Below are positions 50,780-61,069 of a stretch of DNA of 64,000 nucleotides, piece after piece. This stretch comes from an uncultured bacterium (lineage in GTDB: Bacteria > Verrucomicrobiota > Verrucomicrobiia > Limisphaerales > UBA8199). The translations under genes were made by a program, and so were the position numbers. The stretch's first letter is position 1, and every line of letters starts with the position of its first letter. The notes beneath the pieces were generated by a model. The model was not told where the DNA came from and searched no databases. It worked only from the letters and a program-made list of their open reading frames with translations. The stretch lies in NCBI GenBank assembly GCA_963749495.1, contig CAVVMW010000008.1, positions 192,001 through 256,000 on the forward strand, read 5' to 3'.

Positions 50780-51777
50780 TGAAGATCCTTTTCATAGGCG
50801 GCACGGGCAACATCTCCTCCGAGTGCGCCGGTCTGCTGCTGGAGCGCGGCCACGAGGTGGCGCTGCTGAACCGGGGCCGCAGCCCCGCGCCGCCTGGCGG
50901 GCGCGTCTTGCGGGCGGACCGCAGGGACCCGGCGGGCGTGCGCGCCGCCCTGGCGGGCGCCGAACTGGAGGTGGTGATCAATTTCCTCGGCTACGAGCTC
51001 CCAGACGTGCAGTTGGACTTCGAGTTGTTCCGGGGCGCCGTGCGGCAATATGTCTTCATCAGCTCGGCGAGCGTCTATGCGAAACCGCCGCCTCGCCTGC
51101 CGCTGACCGAGGACGGCCCGGTGGGCAATGCCTGGTGGGATTATGCGCAGAAGAAGGTGGCCTGCGAGCAATGGCTGCGGCAGCGCTGGGAACAGGACGG
51201 CTTTCCCGTGACCATCGTGCGGCCCTCGCACACCTACTCCAGACGCTGGGTCCCCAACGCGGTCTCCAGCTCCAGTTTCACCTTTGCCGCCCGCCTCGCA
51301 CAGGGCAAACCGGTCTTTGTCCACGACGACGGCCAAACGCCCTGGACGCTGACGGCCTCGGCGGATTTCGCCCTCGGCCTGGCCGGGCTTCTGGGCCGGG
51401 CCGACGCCCTGGGCCAGGCCTTCCATATCACCAGCGACGAGGTGCTGACCTGGAACCGGATTTATTCTGAAATCGCCGATGCCCTGGGCGCGCCCTCCCC
51501 GCAGATTATCCCGGTGCCGACCGATTTCATCTGCAAGGCCGCCCCGCGCCTGACCGGCACGCTCAAAGGCGATAAGGCCCATCCGGGGGTGTTCGACAAC
51601 TCCAAGATCAAGCGCTTCGTCCCTGAGTATGTACCCCGCAAGCCTTTCCGTGTTGGGGTCCGCGAATCCATAGCCTGGCTGCGCGCCCACCCCGGCGAGC
51701 AAAACCTCAACCCGCTCCTTGACGCCGAGATCGAGGCCGTCCTGGCCGCGTGGGACAAGCATCGCCAGGGCGGGTGA
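50779..51777 (+). CDS. NAD-dependent epimerase/dehydratase (SDR)
   Basis: GGTGNIS, ISSASVY, YAQKK, VRPSHTY. Confidence 0.92.
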   Translation: MKILFIGGTGNISSECAGLLLERGHEVALLNRGRSPAPPGGRVLRADRRDPAGVRAALAGAELEVVINFLGYELPDVQLDFELFRGAVRQYVFISSASVYAKPPPRLPLTEDGPVGNAWWDYAQKKVACEQWLRQRWEQDGFPVTIVRPSHTYSRRWVPNAVSSSSFTFAARLAQGKPVFVHDDGQTPWTLTASADFALGLAGLLGRADALGQAFHITSDEVLTWNRIYSEIADALGAPSPQIIPVPTDFICKAAPRLTGTLKGDKAHPGVFDNSKIKRFVPEYVPRKPFRVGVRESIAWLRAHPGEQNLNPLLDAEIEAVLAAWDKHRQGG

Positions 51778-51801
51778 CCGGGACGCTATCGCGTGCCTCC
51801 C

Positions 51802-51870
51802 TCCCTTTTGTCCCTTTTGTCCCTTTTGTCACTTGCAGAAGCGACAAGAGGGACAAAAGGGACAAAAGGG
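51802..51870. repeat. Inverted 9-mer pair (CCTTTTGTC)n ... (GACAAAAGG)n
   Basis: Between convergent genes. Confidence 0.9.
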
Positions 51871-51901
51871 GCCGATTTCGAGTTCTCGGCTCCACTCCCG
51901 C

Positions 51902-52879
51902 TCACCTGGCGAATATCCGCCGGATGACCTCCTCGATGGGCACTTCCTGGATGTCAATGTCGCTGACGGGGAGTTGGTCGAGCAGGGCTTTGCAGACGGG
52001 GATGACGCGCTCGCGTTTGACCTTGAGCTGGATGCTGCCGGAGGTCTGCTGGACGATCTCGCCGTATTTGCCCAAGTGATCGGCAGAGCAATCGGCAGTC
52101 GCCGCGCAATGGATGGTGACCAGCTTGAAGTCGGCGAAGCGGTCGACGATCTCGCTGAGCCGTCCGTCGAAGAAGATGGCGCCGTGGTCGATGATAATGA
52201 CCCGCTCGCACAGGGCCTGGATATCGGCCATGTAGTGGCTGGTGAGCAGGATAGTGGTCTTGCGCGTGGCGTTATGGGCGCGGAGGAACTCGCGGACGGT
52301 CTTCTGGGAGACAACGTCCAGCCCGATGGTGGGCTCGTCCAGGAACAGGACCTTGGGTTGGTGCAGCAGCGCGGCAATCAACTCCATCTTGGCGCGCTCG
52401 CCCAGGGAGAGCTCGCGCACGCTCACGTCCATCTTGTCGCGCACCCCGAGCAACTCGCCCATCCCGGCAACCGTCCGCTCCAGCGTGGCGGGCGGGATGC
52501 CGTAGATCTTGGCGTTGAGGTCGAACGACTCGCGGGCCGGCAGGTCCCACCAAAGCTGGTTCTTCTGCCCCAGCAACAGGGCGAATTGCCGGCGGTAGCC
52601 GTCCTGGCGCTCCCACGGCACGTAGCCCAGCACCCGCGCCGTGCCGCCGGTGGGGTAGAGCAGGCCCGACAACATCTTGAGCGTGGTTGTCTTGCCCGCC
52701 CCGTTCGGCCCCAGAAAGCCCACCAGCTCGCCCGCCTGGATGGTGAAGCTGACGTCCTTCACCGCCAGCGTCTGCTCATAAGTGCGGCGAAACAGCCCCT
52801 TGAGCGCCCCGGCAAAACCGGGCTGCTTCTTGTAAGTGCGAAAGGCCTTGGTCAGGCCGTTGACTTCGATGGCGGGCAT
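51902..52879 (-). CDS. ABC transporter ATP-binding protein
   Basis: GPNGAGKTT, LSLGER, FLDEPT, TSH. Confidence 0.95.
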   Translation of the reverse strand: MPAIEVNGLTKAFRTYKKQPGFAGALKGLFRRTYEQTLAVKDVSFTIQAGELVGFLGPNGAGKTTTLKMLSGLLYPTGGTARVLGYVPWERQDGYRRQFALLLGQKNQLWWDLPARESFDLNAKIYGIPPATLERTVAGMGELLGVRDKMDVSVRELSLGERAKMELIAALLHQPKVLFLDEPTIGLDVVSQKTVREFLRAHNATRKTTILLTSHYMADIQALCERVIIIDHGAIFFDGRLSEIVDRFADFKLVTIHCAATADCSADHLGKYGEIVQQTSGSIQLKVKRERVIPVCKALLDQLPVSDIDIQEVPIEEVIRRIFAR

Positions 52880-52997
52880 CCGGACCTTTTGGCCCTAAAG
52901 TCACTGTTTTGATGCGGAAGTCAACAAGAGACCGTGGAAAGCCGGAGGGCAGGACATCTTCTTGGGTCTGGACGCGGCGTCCGATTCATGGCAATAG

Positions 52998-54457
52998 ATG
53001 CGTGTGAGCGGTTCGCAGAAGAGACTTGGCCAGTTCTTCACGCCTCCGGAGGTTGCCCGGACGCTGGTGCGTTGGGTCATCACCAGCCCGGCTCAACGTC
53101 TTCTCGACCCCTCCTGCGGCGACGGCGAATTCCTTGTTTGCCACCGGCGAGCAGTAGGAATTGACGTGGACCGTCAACACACGCTCCAGGCACGCACCCG
53201 CGCCCCCGGGGCGCTGGTGCATGAAGGGGATTTTTTTCTGTGGGCAAGCCGAACCAGCGAACGGTTCGATGCCGCAGCGGGGAACCCTCCGTTCATCCGC
53301 TACCAGTCCTTCTCCGGGGAAACCAGAGAGCGCGCGTTGGCCGAGGCTGCCAAACTCGGCGCGCGGTTCAACGGGCTTCTTCATCGTGGGCTCCGTTCCT
53401 GGTTGCAGCCGCGGGCCTGCTCCGGCCGGGTGGCGCAATGGCCTTCGTGGTGCCTGCAGAGATTGGTCACGCTACTTACGCTGAGCCCCTCCTGGAGGCA
53501 TTGTGCAATCACTTCGACCGCGTTCACATTAGCGCCTTCCGCGAGAAGCTCTTTCCGGCTCTTTCCGAGGACTGCTGGCTCCTGCACTGTGCTGGCTTCG
53601 CGGGGCGCACCGACGACATACTGCTCAGCGTCGCGGAGGAGTTTCATCCGCTGGAGGCGCCGCCGCAACCCGTGCGCCGGGTCAGCCTTGCGTCGTGGAG
53701 AAAGTCCGGTTGCCGCCTTCGCAAGTTCCTCCTTCCTGAGCGGGGAACGGCCCTCTACGATGCACTCATCGGCTTGTCGAGCGTTCGCCGCTTTTCAGAG
53801 GTCGCTCACGCTGGCATTGGGTACGTCACCGGCGCGAATGACTTCTTCCACCTAAGGCCCACCGAAGCCCAGTTCTGGGGACTGCCGCCGCAAGTCCTTC
53901 GCGTGACGGTCCGCAAGGGCGAGCAGCTTCCAGCACGCCGGGTCGATCAGCAAGCCGTCAGGAGCTGGATAGCCAATGATGACGCCGTGCTGCTTCTGCA
54001 CTTGCGCGGCGTGGATCCCCTGCCCGCGCGCGTGCGCGAGTACCTTGACACCGACGCCGCCCATCGAGCCAAAGAAACCTACAAGTGCCGGAACCGCAGC
54101 CCGTGGTATGTGGTGCCCGATGTGAAGACTCCTCATGCCTTCCTATCCTACATGAGTGGCTTGGCCCCGAGCCTGGTTGCCAATGAGGCCGGGTGTGTCT
54201 GCACCAACTCCGTTCACGCCGTCGAGTTACACCCCGGCCTCGACATCGCCGACGTGCAGCGCGCATGGGAAACCCCGCTGTGTCAGTTGAGCTGTGAAAT
54301 GGAAGGCCATCCCCTCGGGGGAGGAATGCTCAAGCTTGAGCCAGGCGAGGTTGCAAACGTGCGCCTTCCGCTCCGCCACACGCCCGTGAGTCGGGCAGAC
54401 GCCGCACTCCTTGAAGAAGCAATCACCGAAGCCCGCCGCTGGAGACATTATGCCTGA
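52998..54457 (+). CDS. N6-adenine DNA methyltransferase, gamma-type motif order (apparent frameshift near 53375)
   Basis: GQFFTP, LDPSCGDG, GNPPF; GGGMLKLEP tail. Confidence 0.9.
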
Positions 54458-55313
54458 CGTTTGGCTCCCACCCTACCTGCACCTCGACGCGGCGCTGGCC
54501 CGGTTTGTCGCCGTCCTCGAAACCCAAGGCCAGCAACACATCAAACCTCTCCACCAGCACATCGCCATCCGCCTGGTGATAGAGGCCGGATTCCATCCGG
54601 AAGAAATCACACCGCACCCCCCGCTCCTTGTGGAAACCCGTGGCAGCCGCAATCGGCTCATCTTCGACCAGCGTGCCCAGCGCGAGGACGAGCAGACCGT
54701 CCTCGGCGGCTTGAAGACCAAGAACATCGACATCGTCGTCGCCAAACCGCACATCGGACCAGTGATCGCTATCTCTGTAAAAGGCACAGGCGGAGCTTTC
54801 CGGAATCTTACTAACCGCATGGAGGAAGCGATCGGCGATTCAACTAACCTTCACATCATGTATCCCGGTCTGGTTTACGCCTTCCTCCACGTCCTTAAAG
54901 CCCATCGGGCTGGGACACCGGGCCTGGCTCCCAACGACATCGCCGTCAACGCGGAAGGAGAAGTGGTCCAGGCCATTCGGCGCTACCACGACGTGCTGCT
55001 TGGGCTGGCCGGTCGGCGCTTGGTTCGTGACGATTTCACCCGTTACGAAGCCGTCTGCATGGCTCTGGTTAATGCAGGCCAACCGACCGCCGGCAGCATC
55101 TTCCAACCCTTCCCGCCAGTTGACAGTCCGCTAAGTCTTCGCGCCTTTTTCGACACGATTTACAGAATCTACGACCTCAGATTTCCCTATCTCGCGGCCT
55201 CAGTTGCGTCTCTCAAGCGTCTGGAATGGGATGAGGCTTCCCCGGCACTGGCATGTCTTGGGTCAGAGCCGGAGATGCGGTCACGCCTCGGATATACCCC
55301 GCGCCTGGGTTGA
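54450..55313 (+). CDS. Putative type II restriction endonuclease (XhoI/PaeR7I-like)
   Basis: KNIDIVV..IAISVK..FRNLTNRMEEAIG; overlaps the MTase stop. Confidence 0.7.
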   Translation: MPDVWLPPYLHLDAALARFVAVLETQGQQHIKPLHQHIAIRLVIEAGFHPEEITPHPPLLVETRGSRNRLIFDQRAQREDEQTVLGGLKTKNIDIVVAKPHIGPVIAISVKGTGGAFRNLTNRMEEAIGDSTNLHIMYPGLVYAFLHVLKAHRAGTPGLAPNDIAVNAEGEVVQAIRRYHDVLLGLAGRRLVRDDFTRYEAVCMALVNAGQPTAGSIFQPFPPVDSPLSLRAFFDTIYRIYDLRFPYLAASVASLKRLEWDEASPALACLGSEPEMRSRLGYTPRLG

Positions 55314-55493
55314 GGTTTCCGGGTGTGCCCAGCGGCGCTGCACGAGTCGGAGACCGACGCCGGGGACCAGCAGATGCCGCAGGACCGGCCGGGAAATTGG
55401 ACCTCATGCCGGGCCGGGCGGATGCGGGTATCAACCAAGGCAGGCTGCGCGGCCTGCCATGTAGTGGAGGAGGTGCGCCGGCTCCTGGGGAAT

Positions 55494-58490
55494 CTACCCC
55501 GCCATCGGCCCCCGTGTGACGCCGAGTTGGTTGAAGAGCTTGAGTTGGCGCCAGAGTTGGGAGCCCGTGATCTCGCCGCGCAGGAGTTGGCGGTACATGC
55601 CGATGGTTTGCGTGAGTTGGGCGGGGGATTCGTTGAGGAACTCGAGCCGGAAATGGCGGACGCCCAGGTCGAGCATGCGCGCCACGTAATCCGCGCCGGT
55701 CTGGGCCAGGGCGTTGAAGACGGTGTTGCGGCAGCCGGCGTCGGCCTTGACCGGGTGGTGGGCGCCGACACGGTCGCGCAGTTTCACCTCGTGCGTGTCG
55801 CAAGGCCGGCCGCAATTCCGGTAATCGGCGCCGTTGGAGAGAAAGGCGCAGAAGACGCAATGCTCCATGTGGAACATCGGGATGTGCTGATGGATGGTGA
55901 CCTCGAACCAGTCGGGCGGGGCGGCCTGGAGAAGGGCCTCGAGCTGGGTGAAATTGAGGTCGTAGGAGGCGGTGACGCGCTCGAGGCCGAACTGGTTTTT
56001 GAAATAATCCGCCGCCAGGCGGTTGGCGATGTTGAGCGAGTAATCGCCGATGCGCCGCGCCGGGGTGAAGCAGGCCAGGTGATCGTAGTTGCGCACCAGG
56101 TAGCCGTCGGCCTCGCAGGAGCGGACCTGGTTGAGGATCCATTCCTCGCCGGGCTTGAAAATGCGGGGAGGGGCAACGAAGAGTGCGGAGTGCGGAGTGC
56201 GGAGCGCGGAATGGCGAAAATGAGCGACTGCCTCGCGATATTTCCTGGGGTCTTCGAATTCGCAATAAACAGTCTCGACGCCGCATTGGAGGGCGGCTTC
56301 GAGTGTGCGAGATCGCGCACCAGAACATTCAAGTGCGGAATGCGGAGTGCAGAATGCGGAATGACTCGCCAAGCGCCCTCCTCCGCCCCTCCGTCTTCCG
56401 ACCTCCGCCCTCCGTCTTCCGCGCCCGGCGGCTCGGCGGGTGAACCCGCTCGCTTGTGCGTGCCGGCTCCCTCCCTCTCCCCATCGGATGGGGAGAGGGC
56501 CGGGGTGAGGGGTCCTCCGTCCTCTGGCCTCCGCCCTCCGGCCTCCGTCGTCCAGCGTTTGGGCCGGGCGCGTTGGGTCTCCAGGTCGCGGACGATCTCG
56601 CGGCGCAGGCGATTGAGTTCGCTGAGGGGGAGCAGGAGATTGTCGGCGAGGCAATTCTTGAGTTGGCCCAACCTGAAGGGCGTGCCGCCCAATCGCCCCA
56701 GTTGCTCGCGCAGCCGCTCGGCCGTCAGCGGCTGTTTGTCAGCCCTGACCAGCGGCATGGCCGAGTCCACGCGGGCAATGTGGCCCAGTCCGTCGCGGGC
56801 AATGAGCGTGAGCGGCGCCCCCGCCAGACCGTGGGTTTCCATCTGGATCGGGCGTTGGAATCTGGGCGTCTCTCCTTCAAAGCTCTGGCGCAGGCGGCGC
56901 TCCAACTCCGGGTCGCTGGTCTTCCAGAGCCGATCGCCGGGATGCACTCTCCCAAAATCAATATCGCCCCGGCCGAAATAGAGGAGGACAGGGTTGCCCG
57001 CGCCGGCCAATGGTTCCTTGCCCGCCGGGGCGTTTCCGGGCCCGACCCGCCCGCGCGGCGCCGCTCCCGTTCCGGGCTTGACCTCATAGACCCGCGCGCC
57101 CTCTTCCTTTTCCTCGGGCCGGCCGGCGTCGAACACCACCCCGTCCCCGGGCTTGAGCGGGCTCTCCAGGCTGACCTTCACGCTGCCGTGCTGCACGGCC
57201 AGGACCTTGCCCAGGTACACGCCGCGTTTCTTGCCAAAACGGCCATGGACCAGTTCCTGGTTGTTGGTGCCGTGGAACCACCCCGTGTAGAGCCCGCGGG
57301 AGAAGGCCATCTCCATCTCATAAGTGCGGAGTGCGGAGGAAGTGCGGAGTGCGGAGTGCGGAGTGCGGAATGTAGTGCTTTCGGAGCCAGAGGTTTGGGG
57401 TTCGGAGGACGGAGGTCGGAGGACGGAGGTCGGAGGTCGGAGGTCGGAAGACGGAGGCCGGAGGTCTGAAGACGGAGGGCAGAGGGCGACGCCTGCCGAG
57501 GCATTCCGCACTCCGCACTCCGCACTCCGCACTTCCTCGGCTCCGCACTCCGCATTCCGCACTAGCCGGTCCAGGGCGTTGCGGTAGATGCGCGTGATGT
57601 TGGCGACGTACTCCGGGGACTTGAGACGGCCTTCTATCTTGAGCGAAGCCACGCGCAGCCGGACCAGGTCAGGGAGCACGCCCAGGCCGGCCAGGTCCTG
57701 CGGGCTCAGCAGATACTTTCGGTCGCCCAGCGGGACCTGCTTGCCGTCGGCGATCAGGTCATAAGGCATGCGGCAGGCCTGGGCGCACTCGCCGCGGTTG
57801 GCCGAGCGCCCGCCCAGGGCCTCGCTGGTCAGGCATTGGCCGGAATAGGCGACGCAGAGGGCGCCGTGGACGAAGACCTCGATGGGCAGGGTCGAGCGGG
57901 CCTCGAGGATGCTCTTCGAGTTCCTTGAGCGAACACTCGCGGGCCAGCACGACGAGATTGCACCCGAGGTCGCGTGCGAACTCGACGCCGCCGGCGCTGG
58001 TAACGGTCAACTGCGTCGAGGCGTGGATGGGGAAGTCGGGAGAGAGGCGGCGAATCAGCCGGCAGATGCCGGCGTCCTGGACCACGGCGGCGTCCACCCC
58101 GGCGGCGATAATCGAGTGGAGATAGGCCTCGGCCTGGGCCATCTCGTTCTCGAAGACCAGCGTGTTGAAGGTGACGTAGCCCTTGACGCCGCGCCGGTGC
58201 AGGAACTCGATCAGCTTCGGCAGATCGGCCTCGGTGAAGTTGCGCGCGCGCGTCCGGGCATTGAACTGCTCCAGGCCGAAGTAGATGGCGTCGGCACCGT
58301 TCTCGACGGCAGCCTTGGCGCATTCCCAATCGCCCGCAGGCGCCAGCAACTCCGGAAGACGGAGGGCGGAGGCCGGAAGGCGGAGGCCGGAGGGCGGAGG
58401 CCGGAGGACGGGGGGCGGAGGGCGGAGCGGGTCCGGCCCCGGGGGTTGCTGCTCCAGTTCTGCGATGCGATGGGTCTGGCCGCTGCTCAT
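55494..58490 (-). CDS. U32 family (RlhA-like) protein with DUF3656-type C-terminus; several repeat insertions; apparent frameshifts near 57915 and 56300
   Basis: ELLAPAG, GADAIYFG, HASTQ, HGALC..SGQC, NRGECAQACR, LKIEGRLK, MEHCVFC, CRNTVFN. Confidence 0.9.
56181..56548. repeat. Heptamer arrays (GAGTGCG)n, (CCCTCCG)n and a CCCTCTCCC..GGGAGAGGG palindrome inside the U32 gene
   Basis: Blocks at 56181-56213, 56332-56363, 56375-56420, about 56469-56512 and 56513-56548. Confidence 0.9.
57322..57561. repeat. Nested heptamer element in-frame in the U32 gene: (GAGTGCG)n [(GAGGTCG)n] (CGCACTC)n
   Basis: About 240 nt between ALDRLV and YEMEMAFSRG. Confidence 0.95.
58353..58426. repeat. (GGAGGGC/GGAGGCC)n array in the U32 N-terminus
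   Basis: Encodes LRPPP/LRLP repeats just before ELLAPAG. Confidence 0.85.
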
Positions 58491-58625
58491 CAACACTGGG
58501 AATTTAGTCCTCAAACCCCGGGGGACAAATCCTTTTCTGGGAGGTGTGTGCGTGTCCGATCATCTATGAACCAAGGTCTGAAATCTCCGGCTTTCGCTTT
58601 TTCCTGCCCGCGCTTAATTTTGGCT

Positions 58626-59537
58626 ATGCGCGCGCTGATAGCCGGTTGCGGTTACATCGGCCTGCCGCTGGGGGCGGCGCTGGCTGGGCTGGGGCACGAG
58701 GTCTTCGGCCTGAGGCGGAGCTTGCAAGGCGCGGCGGAGTTGGAGCGGGCCGGCATTAGGCCCCTGGCGGCGGACATCACGAAAGCGGAGGAATTGGCCG
58801 GGCTGCCCGCGGGGTATGATTGGGTGGTCAACTGCGTTGCCTCGTCGGGCGGCGGGGCGGCGCAGTATCGCGCCCTCTATCTGGAGGGGACCCGCAACCT
58901 GCTGGCCTGGCTGGCCGCCCGGCCGCCAAAGAAATTCGTCTATACCAGCAGCACGAGCGTTTATGGCCAGACCGACGCCTCGACGGTCGATGAATCCAGC
59001 CCGGCCGAGGCGGCGTCCGAGACGGCCCCAATCCTGTTGGAAACCGAACGGGTCCTGCTCGAGGCGGCAGCGCAGCGGGGGTTTCCCGCGGTCATCGCGC
59101 GCCTGGCGGGCATCTACGGCCCGGGCCGGGCCTATTGGCTGAAACAGTTCCTCAACGGCCAGGCGCGCCTTGAAGGGGCGGGCGGGCGCTTCCTGAACAT
59201 GATCCACCGCGACGACGTGGCGGGCGTCCTCATCGCGGCGCTGGAGCGCGGCCGGGCCGGGCAGATCTATAATGCCGTGGATGACGAGCCCGTAGCGCAG
59301 CTTGACTGCTTCCGCTGGCTCGCCAAGGCCCTGAGCCGGCCGTTGCCGCCCCCGGCCCCCGAAGAACCGGGCACCCCGCCCAAACGCGGCCTGACCAACA
59401 AACGAGTCTCCAACGCCAAACTCAAGAGGGAATTGGGTTATAACTTCAAGTACCCCACCTTCCGGGAGGGCTTTACGGCGGAGATCCGCAGCCTTGCAAT
59501 GTCACCTGTTGCCGGGTTAACCTCTGAGCCAGGATGA
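58626..59537 (+). CDS. SDR/NAD-dependent epimerase (YeeZ-like)
   Basis: LIAGCGYIG, YTSSTSVYG, RLAGIYGPGR, IHRDD, NKRVSN. Confidence 0.92.
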   Translation: MRALIAGCGYIGLPLGAALAGLGHEVFGLRRSLQGAAELERAGIRPLAADITKAEELAGLPAGYDWVVNCVASSGGGAAQYRALYLEGTRNLLAWLAARPPKKFVYTSSTSVYGQTDASTVDESSPAEAASETAPILLETERVLLEAAAQRGFPAVIARLAGIYGPGRAYWLKQFLNGQARLEGAGGRFLNMIHRDDVAGVLIAALERGRAGQIYNAVDDEPVAQLDCFRWLAKALSRPLPPPAPEEPGTPPKRGLTNKRVSNAKLKRELGYNFKYPTFREGFTAEIRSLAMSPVAGLTSEPG

Positions 59538-59749
59538 AAACGGTCGAGGCAATCATCGAACCATCAGGCGAAGTCCGGTTGATCGAGCCGGTGCAGGTTG
59601 CGTTGCCGAGACGCGCCCTCGTCACGATCCTTGAGGAGGCACCGGACGTTGGCGATACCGCCTTGTTGAGCGAGGCTGCGCTGGCGGAAGACTGGAATCG
59701 CGCCGAGGAGGACGCCGCATGGGCTTATTTGCAGCCGGGCAAGTCGTAA
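59534..59749 (+). CDS. Putative antitoxin
   Basis: 71 aa acidic protein ending LSEAALAEDW..EEDAAW; overlaps the toxin start. Confidence 0.75.
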   Translation: MKTVEAIIEPSGEVRLIEPVQVALPRRALVTILEEAPDVGDTALLSEAALAEDWNRAEEDAAWAYLQPGKS

Positions 59750-60057
59750 CGGTCCATTTTCCCTTCTCGGATCTCAGCCAGTCCAAGCTGCGCCCGGCAG
59801 TGGTGCTTGCGGAAGTGGGTCGAGGCGATTGGCTGCTCTGCCAGGTTACCAGCAAATCTTACGGCGACCCCCGCGCCATCCAAATCGCTGCTGCCGACCT
59901 CGCTCAAGGCTCGTTGCGTCTCGCCAGCTTTGCGCGCCCTGGCAAGCTCTTCACGGCGCACACCAGCCTGGTTGCCGGGCAAATCGGTGAATTGCAACCC
60001 GCGAAGTTTTCGGCCATTCGCGACGCCGTTGTTCGACTGATTCTATCTGGCAGGTGA
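59719..60057 (+). CDS. PemK/MazF-family toxin
   Basis: FPFSDLSQSKLRPAVVL, LCQVTS, RPGKLFT. Confidence 0.9.
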   Translation: MGLFAAGQVVTVHFPFSDLSQSKLRPAVVLAEVGRGDWLLCQVTSKSYGDPRAIQIAAADLAQGSLRLASFARPGKLFTAHTSLVAGQIGELQPAKFSAIRDAVVRLILSGR

Positions 60058-60106
60058 TTTCAGATTTATGGTGGCAAACCGCTATCAACGGCCCTAGCGT
60101 GGCCGC

Positions 60107-60430
60107 ATGAGACGCGCGACCTCAATCCCCTCGCTTGCGGACAAGGTGTTGGACCTGGCAGCGGCGTGTTTCGACGCTCCGACGCTCGACGCCTTGGCAA
60201 GGCTGCGGTTGAGCCCAAACGTGGCTGCGCGGGTGGAGCGGCTTGCCGAGAAGGCGAACGAGGGTCAGTTGACGCCACGGGACCGTGCCGAATATCAGGC
60301 CTACATCGGGACTTCCGAGCTGCTGGCGCTGATTCAGCTTCGCGCCCGCATGAAGCTGCGACTGCCGATTCGCGATTCTGACGAGCGCCTCAACCTCCGC
60401 CAGGGCCTGCGAATGCTCGGACTCATCTAA
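60107..60430 (+). CDS. Small helical hypothetical protein (antitoxin-like), possibly with a chimeric tail
   Basis: RVERLAEKANEGQLTP..RAEY pattern. Confidence 0.65.
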   Translation: MRRATSIPSLADKVLDLAAACFDAPTLDALARLRLSPNVAARVERLAEKANEGQLTPRDRAEYQAYIGTSELLALIQLRARMKLRLPIRDSDERLNLRQGLRMLGLI

Positions 60431-60635
60431 TGCCCCCCCACCGGACCGGTTCTCCTCGCCCGCCAGACGGGAGACCGGGAACCTGACCGAATGGGATCGT
60501 GCGCCGGCACTGTCTTGCCACCCGATGAGCGTCTCCCAAGCATGGGATTTTTGCTGGACATTCCCCAAGCCTCCGGTGCAATAATCGGTTCCATCAGGCA
60601 TGCTGAATAATGTTTGAAAAACCGGTGCTTTGACT

Positions 60636-60989
60636 ATGCCCAAGCCCGTCCCACAACCCGCAATCAATCGCGCCTCGCGCCCCGTGGAGCGGCACGGTTT
60701 CTGGACCGGGCTGGCGATTGCGCTGGCCGGCTCGCTTCTGGCCCTGTGCGGGGCGCGGCATCTGACTGCCATCGAGACCGTCGAGGGCGGCAACGCTTGG
60801 GAGACGCAGTTGGTCAAGGCCTTCACCGCCAGCGGCCTGCAGTTCCCCGAGCAGGTCGCCCCGCCCCCGCCGCCGAAGGGCGGCGACCCAATCGCCCTCG
60901 AACGCTGGGCCAAGCAGAATGCGCAGTCCTCTCCGCCCACCTGGAAGGTCCGCGTGGATACCGCCGCCAGCGCTCCATGTCCCACCTGA
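60636..60989 (+). CDS. Hypothetical membrane-anchored protein
   Basis: One TM segment; ends in CPT; directly upstream of the Fe-S gene. Confidence 0.6.
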   Translation: MPKPVPQPAINRASRPVERHGFWTGLAIALAGSLLALCGARHLTAIETVEGGNAWETQLVKAFTASGLQFPEQVAPPPPPKGGDPIALERWAKQNAQSSPPTWKVRVDTAASAPCPT

Positions 60990-61069
60990 GTGCATTGAAC
61001 TGCGGTCACGTGGCGTGGCCAACTCAACCCCTGCTCCTAAGTCGCCGATCCTAAAGTCCAAGGTGCAAG

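Noticed and set aside
4492..56981. Long antisense or alternate-frame ORFs (4492-6291, 15383-17137, 21008-22252, 42231-43973, 55323-56981 and others)
   Set aside because: Shadows of well-supported genes in GC-rich DNA, with no recognisable motifs.
1570..57920. About eleven frameshifts (nuclease, gltA, sucD, GT9, anti-sigma, M42, S8 twice, MTase, U32 twice) as programmed frameshifting or mass pseudogenisation
   Set aside because: Apparent single-base indels, several in short homopolymers, in otherwise intact core genes and outside the repeat arrays; best explained by long-read consensus error. Read pileups would settle it.
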